Positions 25,651-37,935 of a stretch of DNA of 64,000 nt are shown piece after piece. The DNA lies in NCBI GenBank assembly GCA_013239625.1, contig MU054220.1:7537367-7601366 (forward strand), in the 5' to 3' direction. Source of the stretch: Lama guanicoe. Taxonomy: Eukaryota. Position 1 is the stretch's first letter; every line of letters starts with the position of its first letter. The translations under genes were made by a program, and so were the position numbers. The notes beneath the pieces are model-generated. The model worked only from the letters and a program-made list of their open reading frames with translations. It did not search any database and was not told the origin of the DNA.

Positions 25651-26559
25651 ATGAATGTCAGTAAGAACAAGTCCCTGTGGACACTGTGTGCTTTTTTTTG
25701 TTTCAAACGTTTCCTTTCATCCTCTCTATTGCCTCCATAAAGCTATAGTAGATATTCCATCCTCCCAAGTTTTCTTGCTGATGAAAGTAACATTAAAGGC
25801 AGGTATGGTAGGATACCAATATGTGTAATTCTTCAAATGGATCTCGGAGCATCTACTCTGAGGCATTTAATTGCCCTTGAAAACTCATTCCAAATTCTCT
25901 TTTATGAGCAAAGGAACTTGAATGAATGTGTCCATTTAGACATTTTTCTAAAAGCTAAGGTAAACATTTTTGTTTTGAAGAAGTCACCATAGTTCCTAAA
26001 AAGGATACCTTGGGCTGAGAATTTTAATAAAAATGGTTTATGGTTCATTTTGAGCTATGACTTGAGATAAAAGCCAACACTATCTACTTCCTTCTTTTAG
26101 GTGCTTTATACTAATAACTAATTTTATTACAAATTTTGCTTTCTCAGATAAAAGGATCAGAAAAAAATTTTCCTAGGAAATGAAATTATCTATCAGTCAT
26201 TTCTTAAGTATAAAATAACTAAATTTTCATCCTATAAAATATCTATTTTATGTAAAATTAACCAATTATGCATGTAAAAAAGTCTACATTTTTACTTTTA
26301 ATAACATCAATTTTATATTATTCTAAAGTATATTTATTATTTTTTAAATTTCATGTAGTTTATAAAACCATTAAAATCATTGAACACTTTGACCCAAAAT
26401 TCTTACAGCTTTACTTTTAAAAAGGTACTTTTGTTTTTCCTCTTTGTCCAATTTTAACTCCTTTTCACTATTTACATGACTGTAATAGTAGTACTATTTG
26501 TTTTTCTAGTTTTTAATTAATTTGATTGTTCGCTCTATATTATAAAATCAATTCACAAT

Positions 26560-27310
26560 TATATGGATTTCAGCATCTGTCCCCCAGTGACCCTTCACTT
26601 CCATTTTCTGCCATCACACTAAATGACTGCTGCATCTAGTGCATGTGCCATCTAATAAAACAGAACTGAACATTCTTCCTCTACTCAATGCCGATGACTT
26701 TCACTCTCACCATACACCTGATGTTGAAAGTGGTACAGGTATCGTGAAGGGTATAGAAGATGAAAAGATGAGCGATTTGCAATTTTTTTTTAATTGAAGT
26801 CAGTTAATTATAGTCAGTTACAATGTGTCAGTTTCTGGTGTACAGCATACTGTCCCAGTCATGCATATATATACATGTATTTATTTTCATATTCTTTTTC
26901 ATTAAAGGTTATTACAACATACTGAATATAGTTCCCTGTGCCATACAGAATAAATTTGTTTTTAAATTTATTTTTATTTATAGTGGTTAAGATTTGCAAA
27001 TCTCAAACACCCAAATTTATCCCTTCCCACCCCCCTTCTCCAGTAACCATAAGATTGTTTACTATGTCTGAGAGTCTGTTTCTGTTTTGTAGATGGATTC
27101 ATTAGTGTCCTCTTTGTAATTCTGAGGAGTCTGTATTCAACTATCGCCCAGTCAAGCCCCCAGTTGACTGCAGATTCATGAGCAACCTTTCTGGGATGAG
27201 TCAAACCCAGCCCAAATCAGCTATTTTTGGGTGAGAAAAAAATAAGTGATTGTTGAATTTAGCTTAATATTAGCTTTTAACCACCAGACCTTTATTCATA
27301 ATATTATTGT
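26560..27310 (+). mobile_element. MaLR (MLT1G/H-like) LTR split by an L1 insertion
   Basis: ccagtcaagcccccagttgactgcagattcatgagcaacc...aacccagcccaaatcagc on the right side; left part less certain. Confidence 0.6.
26783..27112 (-). mobile_element. Young camelid-type L1 3' end
   Basis: Poly(T) then tagtcagttacaatgtgtcagtttctggtgtacagc...ttccctgtgccatacag...cagtaaccataagattg; TSD-like tttgcaatt / tttgtaatt. Confidence 0.93.
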
Positions 27311-27349
27311 GGAAATATTTTGCAGGCACTTTATAGCAACTTCAATTTT

Positions 27350-28060
27350 TTTTTTCTAAAGTTGAAGTTATCTTTCACTTCCTTGATTCCCCCTGACCTT
27401 GTAACTTTGAAATTTTCTCCTGAGTTATTCATTTTGTTGAATAAATAACATGAAAACCTATGCAATTTCATAGGTCCAAAACATGCTTTTTTTTTCTTTC
27501 CTTTCAGTAATTTCCAACTTATAAATTTTTAAAAGTCTCTGTTAATGCTGCCTTCTATGAATATTCAAAGTTCATTGTCTATGTCTCCACACTGAAAATT
27601 TCTTAGTTCCGTCTCTAATCATATTTTACCTGATATATCATTAGTACTTCTCTCTTCAACTGAATGTGACTCACTTTGATATCACATTCATCTTTCCAAA
27701 ATGCAAAATTAATTGGGCTACTTTCCTGCTTAAATTCTTTCGTTATGTCTTTGGAAAGAGACTTGATACTATTTTGGATGTTAAAAAAAAAAGCCCTTTG
27801 ATGTGTGGCTATTCCTATCTGTCCTTAGTAAGGTCAGTTTTAGAAGTTCCGTGTCCATATGTTTTTGTACGTGTGTTAGTTTTTCTGGCATGGCTTCCCA
27901 CTCATTATGTGCAAAGTCTATGCTTTCTAATTCTTCAAGATATATATCAAACCTCACTATCTCTTACATGATGTAAATTCCTAAAATTTGTGTTGCCATA
28001 ACACACTAATCATACCACTATTTTAGCATTTATTATTTCAACAAATATTTAGCATATTTT
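27350..28060 (+). mobile_element. Highly degraded L2 fragment
   Basis: tcatctttccaaaatgcaaaatt...ctttcctgcttaaattcttt L2-like motifs. Confidence 0.45.
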
Positions 28061-28475
28061 ACTTTATATGTTAGCTTCTAATGACAGAGAACATGACTTA
28101 TAAGACTAATGATTTGCTTCATAATTTAGAGAAGAAATGATTGTTTTTTTCCTTTCTTGAATTATTTTCTTGGGAGATATTACTTGGAGGGGCAACATAT
28201 AATGAGCTGACTGCACCCAAAACTAACAAAAATTTAAAAATCAACATTTTCTTATTATTTAAAACTTTCTGCTTTTCAATGAATGATCGGGCAGTCAAAT
28301 ATTTCTAAATTTAAAAAAACTTACAACTTGATTTAAAGTAATCGGAAAATGGGAATCTCTTCAAAGTTTTTCCTAAATTAAGGTGTATCCCAGAAGTTCA
28401 TTACACTGAACGGCATGGCATTGTAATTCTCTAAGGAAAGTCTGAGATTCATTAGCCTGTGTATTTCTTGAATAC

Positions 28476-28546
28476 TTTTTTTTTTTTAATGGAGGTACTG
28501 GGGATTGAACCCACACAAAAATACCTACCACTGAGCTATCATCCCC
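28476..28546 (-). mobile_element. Camelid tRNA-derived SINE (vic-1 type), internally deleted
   Basis: Poly(T)-aatggaggtactggggattgaaccca...ctaccactgagcta..cccc; minus-strand A box TAGCTCAGTGG and B box GGTTCAATCC. Confidence 0.88.
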
Positions 28547-29182
28547 AGAATTTCCTTTTAGTTAAGATGCAATACAAGTCAAAGACGTCTCAGAAATACA
28601 TGAGAAAAGTCTATACAAATATTTCTGATAATCTATACAAGTCATAAACTTTTGATCAGAATGAATATTCCTTAATCCATGTTCCAAGACTTTGGAAGTT
28701 AGGGTCAATATTCTTCTCAGTCTCCATTAATAATATAGAAATGTATGTATGTATAAGGTGAACATCATAGCAATGTATTCCACCTGTAGGATCATATATG
28801 TATATACATATTTTTGGTCTGTATTTTCTATGAAGTTGCATTTGACATTTCAAGCAGCCTAAAAAAAGGAGCTAACTGTTTCAATGAACTTGAGAAATTA
28901 TTAGCAGATTGCCACTTATTTTAGAACACAAATACGCTCATGGAAGCTTGGGAAAAAAATACCACATGGATATGGATTGCATTCATTGTTGGCCTACAGC
29001 TATTTGAGTTCACTTCTCATTGATTTTTATTCTTTTTCAGTGTGACAAGCCTATTTTATCATTTTTTGTGTGTGCTATCTGGTTTTTGGTATGTGTGTGG
29101 TTTTTTAAGCACCTTAGCAGAATTTCGTGGTATGTATTGTCAGATGGTTTTACAAAACTTTTACAATTAAATTTTTTAAGTA

Positions 29183-29391
29183 CAGTCAACCCTGGAATGA
29201 CACAAGTTTTAACTTCATAAGTCCACGTCTATACAAATTTTTTTCTCAATAAATACGTTGAAACACCATCTGCCATTGGTTGAATCAGCCGATGTGGAAC
29301 TTGGGCTACGGGAGGCCACTGTAAAGTTATGCTCAGGTCGTTAAGCAAGGGAGCAGTGCCCTTAACCACCATGTTGTTCAAAGGTCAACTC
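29183..29391. mobile_element. TcMar-Tigger MITE (MER8/Tigger2-derived)
   Basis: TIRs cagtcaaccctggaatgacac / atgttgttcaaaggtcaactc, flanked by TA on both sides. Confidence 0.88.
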
Positions 29392-30588
29392 TATATGCTT
29401 GTACCTGGTCAGGGTCTAAGCTTGAACTAACTCAAGTTTTAAACTATAGCCTTGAGATACATTTTAAATTAGGCGTACTCTATAAGTACTCATTGTGACT
29501 TTTATTAATTTAGTTATCTATTTAACAGATGTTTAGTGAGTAGATATTAATAACAGGACAATATGCTAGATGCTCTTGGTATTTCAAAAGAAGAGAAGCA
29601 GCACAGTATGAGTTCTACTGGTGGTTTATGTACTTGAGAATGAAAGACAAGCAAGAGGAGCATGCTACGCTTGAAAATATCACCCAATACAATGAAAGTC
29701 TTCCAGTGAGTAACGCAAAACATGCATAGTGAAAACACGACATTCAAAGTAATGAACACGTCTTCTGAAATCAGACTGCAAGATATTGCTCCATGTTCTC
29801 TGTGGGTGGAGAGAGCAAAGCTGGTTTTTCTAAAGTCAGGTTTTTATGGACTTTATTTTTGTTACCATAATTCCCTCTGAAATGGCTTACGTTCTCAGGA
29901 TATTCAGCAGATACGAGAAGTTGCTGTCTTCTCGATAAGTCTTTTGTCTTTAATTAATTGACAACACAAGTAAAGCAGGCAAAGCAAAATCTATTGTCCA
30001 AGATGCATTTATTGGAGACAAGACAAATGTCAGATGGTAATGTGCTAACAGTGAGAGTCATCCAAATTAGAATTTAAAATATAGTAGTTGTACTGAACAT
30101 GAGACAGCCAATTTCTACTTTTCACCCACTAGCTGTAAAATAATAATGATCTTCCTTTAAATAATTTGTGCACAAATGGCTTAAAATATAATTTTTATAG
30201 AAGCATGACATTTCTAATTTTTAAATTGTAAATTTGAGAACCAATACTGTCTTTGTAGAAATTAATAAAACCTTAATTTCTTTTTCAAACTGTGGTGGTT
30301 CAGACGAATCTTTAGAGATATTATGTTGGAATGAATAGCGTGATTGTGTTAGTCTTTCAGCTCTGCACTTTTATGGATTTCCAAGTTTGGTGAATTTCCC
30401 CTAGGATCTTTCCTTCACCAAATGTCACATGACAGCCAAAAACCAAATGCATCCTTCCATCTTAATTTTTTTTGTTTCATTCAGCAAAAACTTGTTGGAC
30501 TTCTACTTAGTTTTTGTGGAAGATACAAAGATGAATAATGAATGAATACTAGGAAATATTTCTTATGAATATAACATAAATTACTTTT

Positions 30589-30688
30589 CTTTTCCTTATT
30601 TATTTTTTAGTGGAGATTCTGGGAATCAAACCCAGGACCTCATGCATCATAAGCATGTGGTCCACCCCTGAGCTTTTACCCTCCCCCT
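30589..30688 (-). mobile_element. Camelid tRNA-derived SINE (vic-1 type)
   Basis: tggagattctgggaatcaaacccaggacctcatgcatcataagcatg...ctgagcttttaccctcccc; TSD cataaattactttt (30575-30588) / cataaattattttt (30689-30702). Confidence 0.92.
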
Positions 30689-30899
30689 CATAAATTATTT
30701 TTATACTTCATATATTTTATAGAGCTATCTTTCAACTACAGTTCACACATATAAATAGGTTTTGCATGTTTGATGGTTTTCATCCCATTGAAATACACGA
30801 CAAGTTGACACTGGTGACAAGAGGGGTTACTTGGCGAAGAGAGAGAAGAGTGTTGGAGTCATCGGAATTTTCCAGAGAAAGTTTTCTTTTCTTTTTTAA

Positions 30900-32190
30900 A
30901 AATGTATTATCATAAATCTGTTCATGACATTGCTTTGGCTTTTAATATAGGATCTATTTGTATTTGTATACTCCTTTTCATTTTCAAAATTATTTATCAG
31001 CATCTTTTATTTCTCTTTCTTTTGTCAACAATCATCAATCTTATTCCTTGTCTTCTTTACTTCTCTTTTTCTACCGTCTCTTAGTTTGGATATTTTCTCT
31101 TCATTTTTTCATCTCTTTTGTTATCATTCTGCTGATTTGGAAACTATAGGTTTTATCTCTATCCAGTAGAGAGAAAGAAAGAGAGAGAAATATACATACA
31201 CACATATTTTACATATATAATATATATTGACCACTATATATTATATATATTTAGCATTCATAATTAACCATATATTTTTGCTTCAAAAATCTAAAGTCAT
31301 TATTTCTTTTCTCCTCCAGACATTATCATATTTTAAATACAAACCAAATAATTTTTCATGTTTTTGCTTAAACTTTAGTTTTTTATTCAATATTTATATT
31401 GAAATATATATATTTTTGCACACAAAACTAGTTATTTCAGTTTATAATTAATTTCAATTACCAATATATTATGTCAATCTGTATTCACAGTTTTTATTGG
31501 TATCTTTCCTTTTCCCCTCTGTGTTCACATTTGCTAAAAAAATTAGCTTTAATAGTTTATTTAGTCAGTGAAATGTGAACTAAGAGTCTTCGTATATCTG
31601 AAAATACCTTAATTTTGTTTTCACTCTTGGATGATAATTTCACTTGGTATCAAATACTAGATTGTCAGAGATTTTTATTAGCATTTTGAAGATACAATCC
31701 AATAGCTTCCAAAATATATCACTCCTTTAAAAACAGCCTAGTTACAAGTCAAAGTTTTATTTACCATTTATGTTCTAAAGTTTATTTGTCCATGATACAT
31801 TTGAGTGTTAATTAATAACTTTCCTGTTCAGTATCGAGTGTTCACTTCCAATTTGAAGATGCATAAATAATTCTTGGGTGCTAGATCTTCAAGATTTCTT
31901 TACAGAAGTTTCTCCATTTTTTAATCTGTATGAGTAGAAGCACTGGTCTGTCTTCCATTGATGTCTAATTTTCTTCCATATTTTTATATGTTTTTTCTCC
32001 ACAGTGCATCCTGGGTGAATTGACTCTACATGCAATTTCACTATTTTTCTCATCAGTAGCCACTTTTTTAGTTTTTGTTCTATTTCACTTTTTTAATTCT
32101 CATGATTGTACTTCTCTCCAAAATTTCTTTTTTTTTCCCTTTCCTATACTTTCTTGAGTCATTTATGCCTGTTTTGATTTCATAATTGCT
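30900..32190 (-). mobile_element. Ancient L1M (ORF1 region)
   Basis: tctgaaaataccttaattttgttttcactcttggatgataatttcacttggtatcaaatactag antisense L1 signature. Confidence 0.7.
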
Positions 32191-33239
32191 TACGCTTCCT
32201 CCCTCCCCCAAGTTGTGTGTAAGGGAACAACCACGCAGCAACAATGGATTGTAATCTACTTGTGCTTTAATGAAGAGATAAATCTGACTGGCTATGGAAT
32301 AAAAATGAAGACCCTTTACAGAAGCATGTCATTATAATTTTTGAGTATGAGTTCTGTGCAGGGATAAAATAAAGCACCAAGAGAATTTTCTGACCTTTAT
32401 CATCAGTACTTGCCCAATCAGATTTATCTTCCTCCTTTGGATCCTCATCTCTCCAAGGCAAACTGTCTCTTTTCAAACTGTTACTGGACTTTCATGACAC
32501 TGAGATATGGGTTTAGGAGGGATGCAGTGATAAAACTGTGAACTGGAAGGAGAATGAGAAGGCACTAGCAGAGGGAGAAAAAAATTACCTGAAGAAGTTA
32601 AGATCATGCATAGATAGGAAGCTAGGGAAAAAAGACCAACAAGCTCAGGGGCTACTTGCGCAAAAGGGGATTTTAAGAGTTTGGTTCATGAGATGCTCAA
32701 AAGAAAATTGGGGAAAAAAAAGGAATGAGGATTTTAAATGTTTGTTGAAGGTTATAAATCGAATCTTATTTAATCATTTAAAACACAAGTGAAAAATGGA
32801 CTTACTATTCATTTAGTTTTCACTGTGAGCTGAGTTGGAAATACATAAACTGAATTTTGAATGCACCTTACAGTCAGTGGACCACAGGAGCCCTGGGTAT
32901 TACTGCAGTTGTATTTTTAAGCATTCCTTATCACTTTGGCAGCCTACAGTATTATTGTTTAATCATTCCTTGCTCATCAGTATGCTGACTTCTGATGATG
33001 CAACTCAAACTATGGAATATTAAAACTGGTGATTTTTATTTTCATTTTCACTTGAGATTATCTGAGCAGAATTATCTCGATAGCTAGCTCGATAATGTCC
33101 TGGCTAAACAGTTAAAGCATAAATTGTGGGGAAAAGTTAGTTTCAGTCAACTTCTCTGCTTATCATAGAATCTTTCTTCATAGTGGATACATGGGCAAGG
33201 CAGAAATATCCCACTTATTCTATTGAAATGTGTGTTAAA

Positions 33240-33720
33240 ATTGTGATGATAGTGAAAAACATTAAAGTGATGAAATAATGGAGTAAAATGACAGGGGAGC
33301 AGGGCTGTTGGGAAGATCTCCTGAGGTTTAGTGATCTGAGATGGTTCCTCTTAAGGGGCGACTTTCAAACTAGGACCAGAGTGATGAGATGGAGTCAGCG
33401 TTGAGATAGCAAGGGGAAACATGTTCCAGGAAAAAGAACCATATATTCAAAGAACACAAAGAGTTTGTTATATCTGAAGGACTCAAAGAGGCTAATGTAG
33501 TCGGAGTGTAGCAGCATTAAGGCAGAGAGGTATGTGATGAACATAGAGAAGGAAAAATTACATGATTCTTGTGCCTTCTAGGCTAAGAATAGGGCTTTTA
33601 AAAGCACATTAGGATTATTTTAAGTGAACGAGAAAGACATTGGAGGGATTTACATAGAAGGAAGTTACTGTGTAGAAGTTAGGGTTAGTTGTTAAAGTCT
33701 TTTACTGTGGTCAAGTGACT
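33240..33720 (-). mobile_element. L2 fragment
   Basis: gatgagatggagtcagc...atgttccaggaaaaagaaccatatattcaaag...gagaaagacattggagggattta. Confidence 0.75.
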
Positions 33721-35169
33721 CGGGATTTGAGATTTTTGTTTGCAAATGTTGGCTTTAGGTGAAAAATTAAGGCATCCAAATGGGATAATACACATTTTCT
33801 TCATTTGTAGTTAGTGGCTATGTTGGATGGCATCTAATTTCTTGTGACAGGAGGGAATGGTGAAGTTGGTCCATAATTAACTCTTCTGGTAACTCTCTTT
33901 TGAAAGACCAGAGCAGTTATGAAAGAGCCACTTACTCTCTTTTGAGGAGTCATTTCTTGGGGCTACTCTTTCTTGGGCTGTCAATGCAAATGGTGTTCAT
34001 TAGTTATATTGACATTTTAATGAATACCTACCTAAAGCCACAAACATTTACACAGTTTAAGCTTCCTATAAATAGAGAAAAATAAATAGCTATTGGAGAT
34101 GAGTAAAGAGGATTCAAATTAAGACTACATGAGGTACAGGTAGATTATTCTTAAGATTTCTTTGAATATGGAGTTTCTGTGTTGTAGAGCATTTCCTCCA
34201 TCCGTTCTCTCTGCTCTATCCATTTACGGCACCAACATTTAGATATTACATCTTGGATTTAGCATCTCACATACGCTAATTGAGACTTTAAATTAGCACA
34301 GGTGCTGGGGAAAGCAAGTGCCTGGTAGTTTTCCAGCCGTGAAAGCTGTAAACCCACACTGAGAAATATGCATATAGATTTTTATAAATTTTCAGGGAGC
34401 CATGAACTCTTTAAACTCTTTGAGGACTTTTCATGGGCCCTTCACATGCAAGCCTTGTAAGGTAAATAAGAACCAAAAACAGGTACCTTCCAAGTAGAGT
34501 CTGTGATTCTCAAGACTGGCTCCTGCCCTACATTTAATAGTTCTAATTTAATTAAAAGTATATTCTATTAATTTTTTCCTCATACCGTAACTGTGACAAT
34601 GTTGAAAGTGTTGCTACAAGGAACTAAGTAGGAACACAAAGAGAAATTTCAAATATAGGATTTTCTGACAACCCAGGAGAGTTAGCATAACTCATTTTAA
34701 ACATGGGTTAAATTGTTTTCTCTCCCACTATATGGGCTGAAAGAACCTTGTGTTTTACCTGGGCTAAAACTGATTGAAATACACAGACATAAATCTATCT
34801 CTTTCTTTTTTTTTTTTTTTGACTTGGTAATAAGTTTCTCCACAGTTCTTTCAAACTGATGTTTTCAATATGCAAAATTCAGTAAGAATGCAGAAATCAA
34901 AATGATAGTCACCATTTTTCCTCCCAAGGTAAATGACTGTATTTACAACTGTCCTTGTTTTTCATATTTATCACTGCGATCTTTTATGTGCGGGCGAGCC
35001 ATCATATTTTCAGGTTGATAACTAAATTTGAAAGATATAGTGTTGAAGGTATTTAGGTTTGCAGTGAAGTATAGTAAGGTAGCAACAGACTGCTGGCAGT
35101 CTCTGTAGTTTGCTCAGAAAAAAAGGAATTAAATATACAAAGTACTGCAGTTCATAGTCATACATGTGT

Positions 35170-35330
35170 TAACACATTATAATTCTTAGAACCACCCACT
35201 GGACTCATAGTTATTGCCTGTTGACCTTGGGCATGAAACGTAAACTCTGAGTTTCAGTATCCTCATCTGAAAAATGAGGGCAATCACACCTCAGTGGGTT
35301 GTTCAAAAGATTACAATGAGATAACAAATC
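35170..35330 (+). mobile_element. MIR SINE
   Basis: tgaccttgggcatg...ctctgagtttcagtatcctcatctgaaaaatgagggcaatcacacctcagtgggttgtt. Confidence 0.8.
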
Positions 35331-36189
35331 TCTGGCTGACCAACAGATGGGGAGGTCTGTGCCCACTATGTCTCCTCGTGATCATCATGCAGCCAGTAGC
35401 CATGGAGAAATGAGGACTTTTCAACTGCAAGTTCAGTTCTTCTGCAGAGAGCAAGCTGAGATCATCTGAGAGCAGATAAATGAGGAACCACACGTGGACA
35501 GCCAACAAAGGCAGGTGATAGTGAAGTCAAAGCACACTCACCTTTCCCTGCTCTTAAGGACACCTGCCTAACAGGTCACCAGGATTTACAGGTGCTTCCA
35601 GAGCAGTGCTTTCATGTTGACAACTCTCATGTGTCTTTAGGGAATGGAGTCGGTTTATAGCCATTAATGTAACAGTGGATCAGGTTATAGACAGAGCTCC
35701 AGGCAAAGTAGGCAACATTCAGTAAGATGTCTGCTGAAATCTGACAATGTTTCATTTAGAGCCAAGGTTTTGAAATATCTAGACATCAGTTATTTAATAT
35801 ATCTTATCTGACTCATATTTTATTTATGCTTTAGAATCTATGGGGTTTAAGATAGTCAGCCTTGAGTGATTGAGGAGCAATGAGATCAGAGTATTTTGTT
35901 CCATTCCACACATTTCAGGTGTATTCTTTTGTATCAGAATCCTATTATTCTTTTTACCACATTCTAAATGATTTCAAAATGTCTTTCCTGTGACTTGTCA
36001 GGACTGGGTATTGAGGTTGAATGGATAGTGGAGATCTTACAAAATGGCATCTTTAACAAATAAATAGTAGTGAAATACATCATTTTGCACACTTACTAAC
36101 TCCAACTAAAGAGCACACCCATTTTGACACTTTTATTTCTCCTCTAGAGCATCTGCTCTTGTTCATATCAAGATATAAAATAAGAAATG

Positions 36190-36420
36190 CCAGTTGGACT
36201 TTAGATAAGAGGCTTTGAACTCAGCGTTTGATCCAGCTCAATCCTTAACCACCTTTGATTTGGGGCAAATAACTTGAACTCTACAAACCCCAGTCTACTT
36301 AATTATAAGAAGAAACCCTTTCAGGGTTTTGATGTAGATTTGATATAATGTACGTAAAGTGCTTACCACATAGCAGCTATCCAGTAAACAACAGCCGCTC
36401 TTATTATTGTTATTATTACA
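36190..36420 (+). mobile_element. MIR SINE
   Basis: tttggggcaaataacttgaactct...gatataatgtacgtaaagtgcttaccacatag...ttattatt tail. Confidence 0.75.
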
Positions 36421-36669
36421 GGTTTGACTATTGATAATGCCTAGAAATATCACTAAGGTATCCCTCAACTCTAAGATTGAGAATTTGAAACTGTTTTGTA
36501 AAACATATCATTTAAATACTAGTTTGTTAATAGAGGTGATGGAATTTTCTGGGCTTTTTTTTTTCTCATGAAAAAAGTACTTCCAGCTTAAAGATGCACA
36601 AAAAAACCCAAAATGATATAAATATTTCAAAGAAGAAAACACCATGCAGAGAGAGGACAGAGACTTTAT

Positions 36670-37100
36670 GTAGAGCTGTGATTTTTCTCTTGGGGAGCTT
36701 TAGTTCTTTGCAATAGTCTGTGTCTGTACTTCCTGTTGGTAGCATTCCTTTTTGCCTCATGAATGTTGAGTTTGGCCATGTGACTTACTTTCACCAATGG
36801 GAAGCAAGTAGACCTGCCTGAAACATTTCGAGTCATAGTGTATTTCCATTACTCTTTTGCATCTACCTTGTGATGTGAGAATAAACATGTCTCATCTGGG
36901 GTTGCCCTTCAAGTTTAGGTCAAAGAAATGTAAAGACGTGTGGAACAAAGTTGCAACCTACCCACAGCATAGTAGAGAGTTCGAATTTATCAGAGTTAAA
37001 ATTGATGAGCAGTCTATACGTAAAGTGAACAAGAAATCATCTTTTCTTTTTCTGAATCACTATGATTTGGGGGTCATTACTGCAGCAAAGCTAACAAAAG
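36670..37100 (+). mobile_element. MaLR LTR (MLT1I/J-like)
   Basis: gttgagtttggccatgtgacttactttcaccaatggg...cactatgatttgggggtcattactgcagcaaagcta. Confidence 0.75.
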
Positions 37101-37119
37101 TGTCTGCAGAGCAATTAAG

Positions 37120-37935
37120 TATACTGACCTCACTCATCACACATTTCCTATGAATGTGGTCCCTGTTTCCCTTCTAACCACCTTGCAGTCATCTACACCC
37201 AGCCTGAAATAAGTTTGACAATGTATAACAGATTGTTTTTCTTCTATGTAAAAATTCTCCAATGGCATCTCAGTACATGTAGATTAAAATGATAATACTA
37301 TGTTTTTAAGAAACCTGAACTTTGCCTAAAAGCCATTGCAAAATCACGTACTTTCTCCTTCTCCACATCCATTGCCTGCTTCTCTACCTTATTTCTGTTG
37401 CAATCCAGCTATATTGATTTCTTTTTAGTTCTTCAGATACAACAAACTGTTCTTTTATTTCAATATATGGTCTCTTTTTCTTGGAACATCTCTCTCCTCG
37501 TCTCAGTGCCGGCTCCTTTTTCTCATTGATGTCACAGTTTGAATGTCAACTTTTCAGAGAAGCCATTTCAAACCACAGCACCCCAACAGAAGATGTTTCC
37601 TCTTCAGCTCTGTCATTATTCTCTGTCATTGCATGGGTTTTGTTTCTTTCATCACTTCACAAGTTTAATACTATTATCACAACACATGGTAATAGCCGAG
37701 GGGTAATGAATACTGACTATGATCCAAGCACTATTTTAAGTGAATAGCTTAGAATAACCCATGATGTAGGTACTGTATTAAAGAAGGGGAAACTGAGGAC
37801 TGGTGGATCTGTATTAATCTGTTCACTTCTCTAGATTCTAAGACACATAAGGGCAGGAGTTATGACTATCTTTTCACTTTATACTCAACATCTATTATAA
37901 AGCCTGCTACAGAATAACAACTCAAAAAGTATTTT
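37120..37935 (+). mobile_element. L2 fragment with a reverse MIR nested at ~37690-37800
   Basis: tgaatgtcaacttttcagagaagccattt...ctagattctaagacacataagggcagg; MIR core aagaaggggaaactgaggac. Confidence 0.7.

Noticed and set aside
30605..30688. tRNA gene
   Set aside because: Has an A-rich tail, a TSD and a disrupted cloverleaf, so it is a SINE
34066..34075. Perfect MEF2 site CTATAAATAG
   Set aside because: Single AT-rich motif without a supporting cluster
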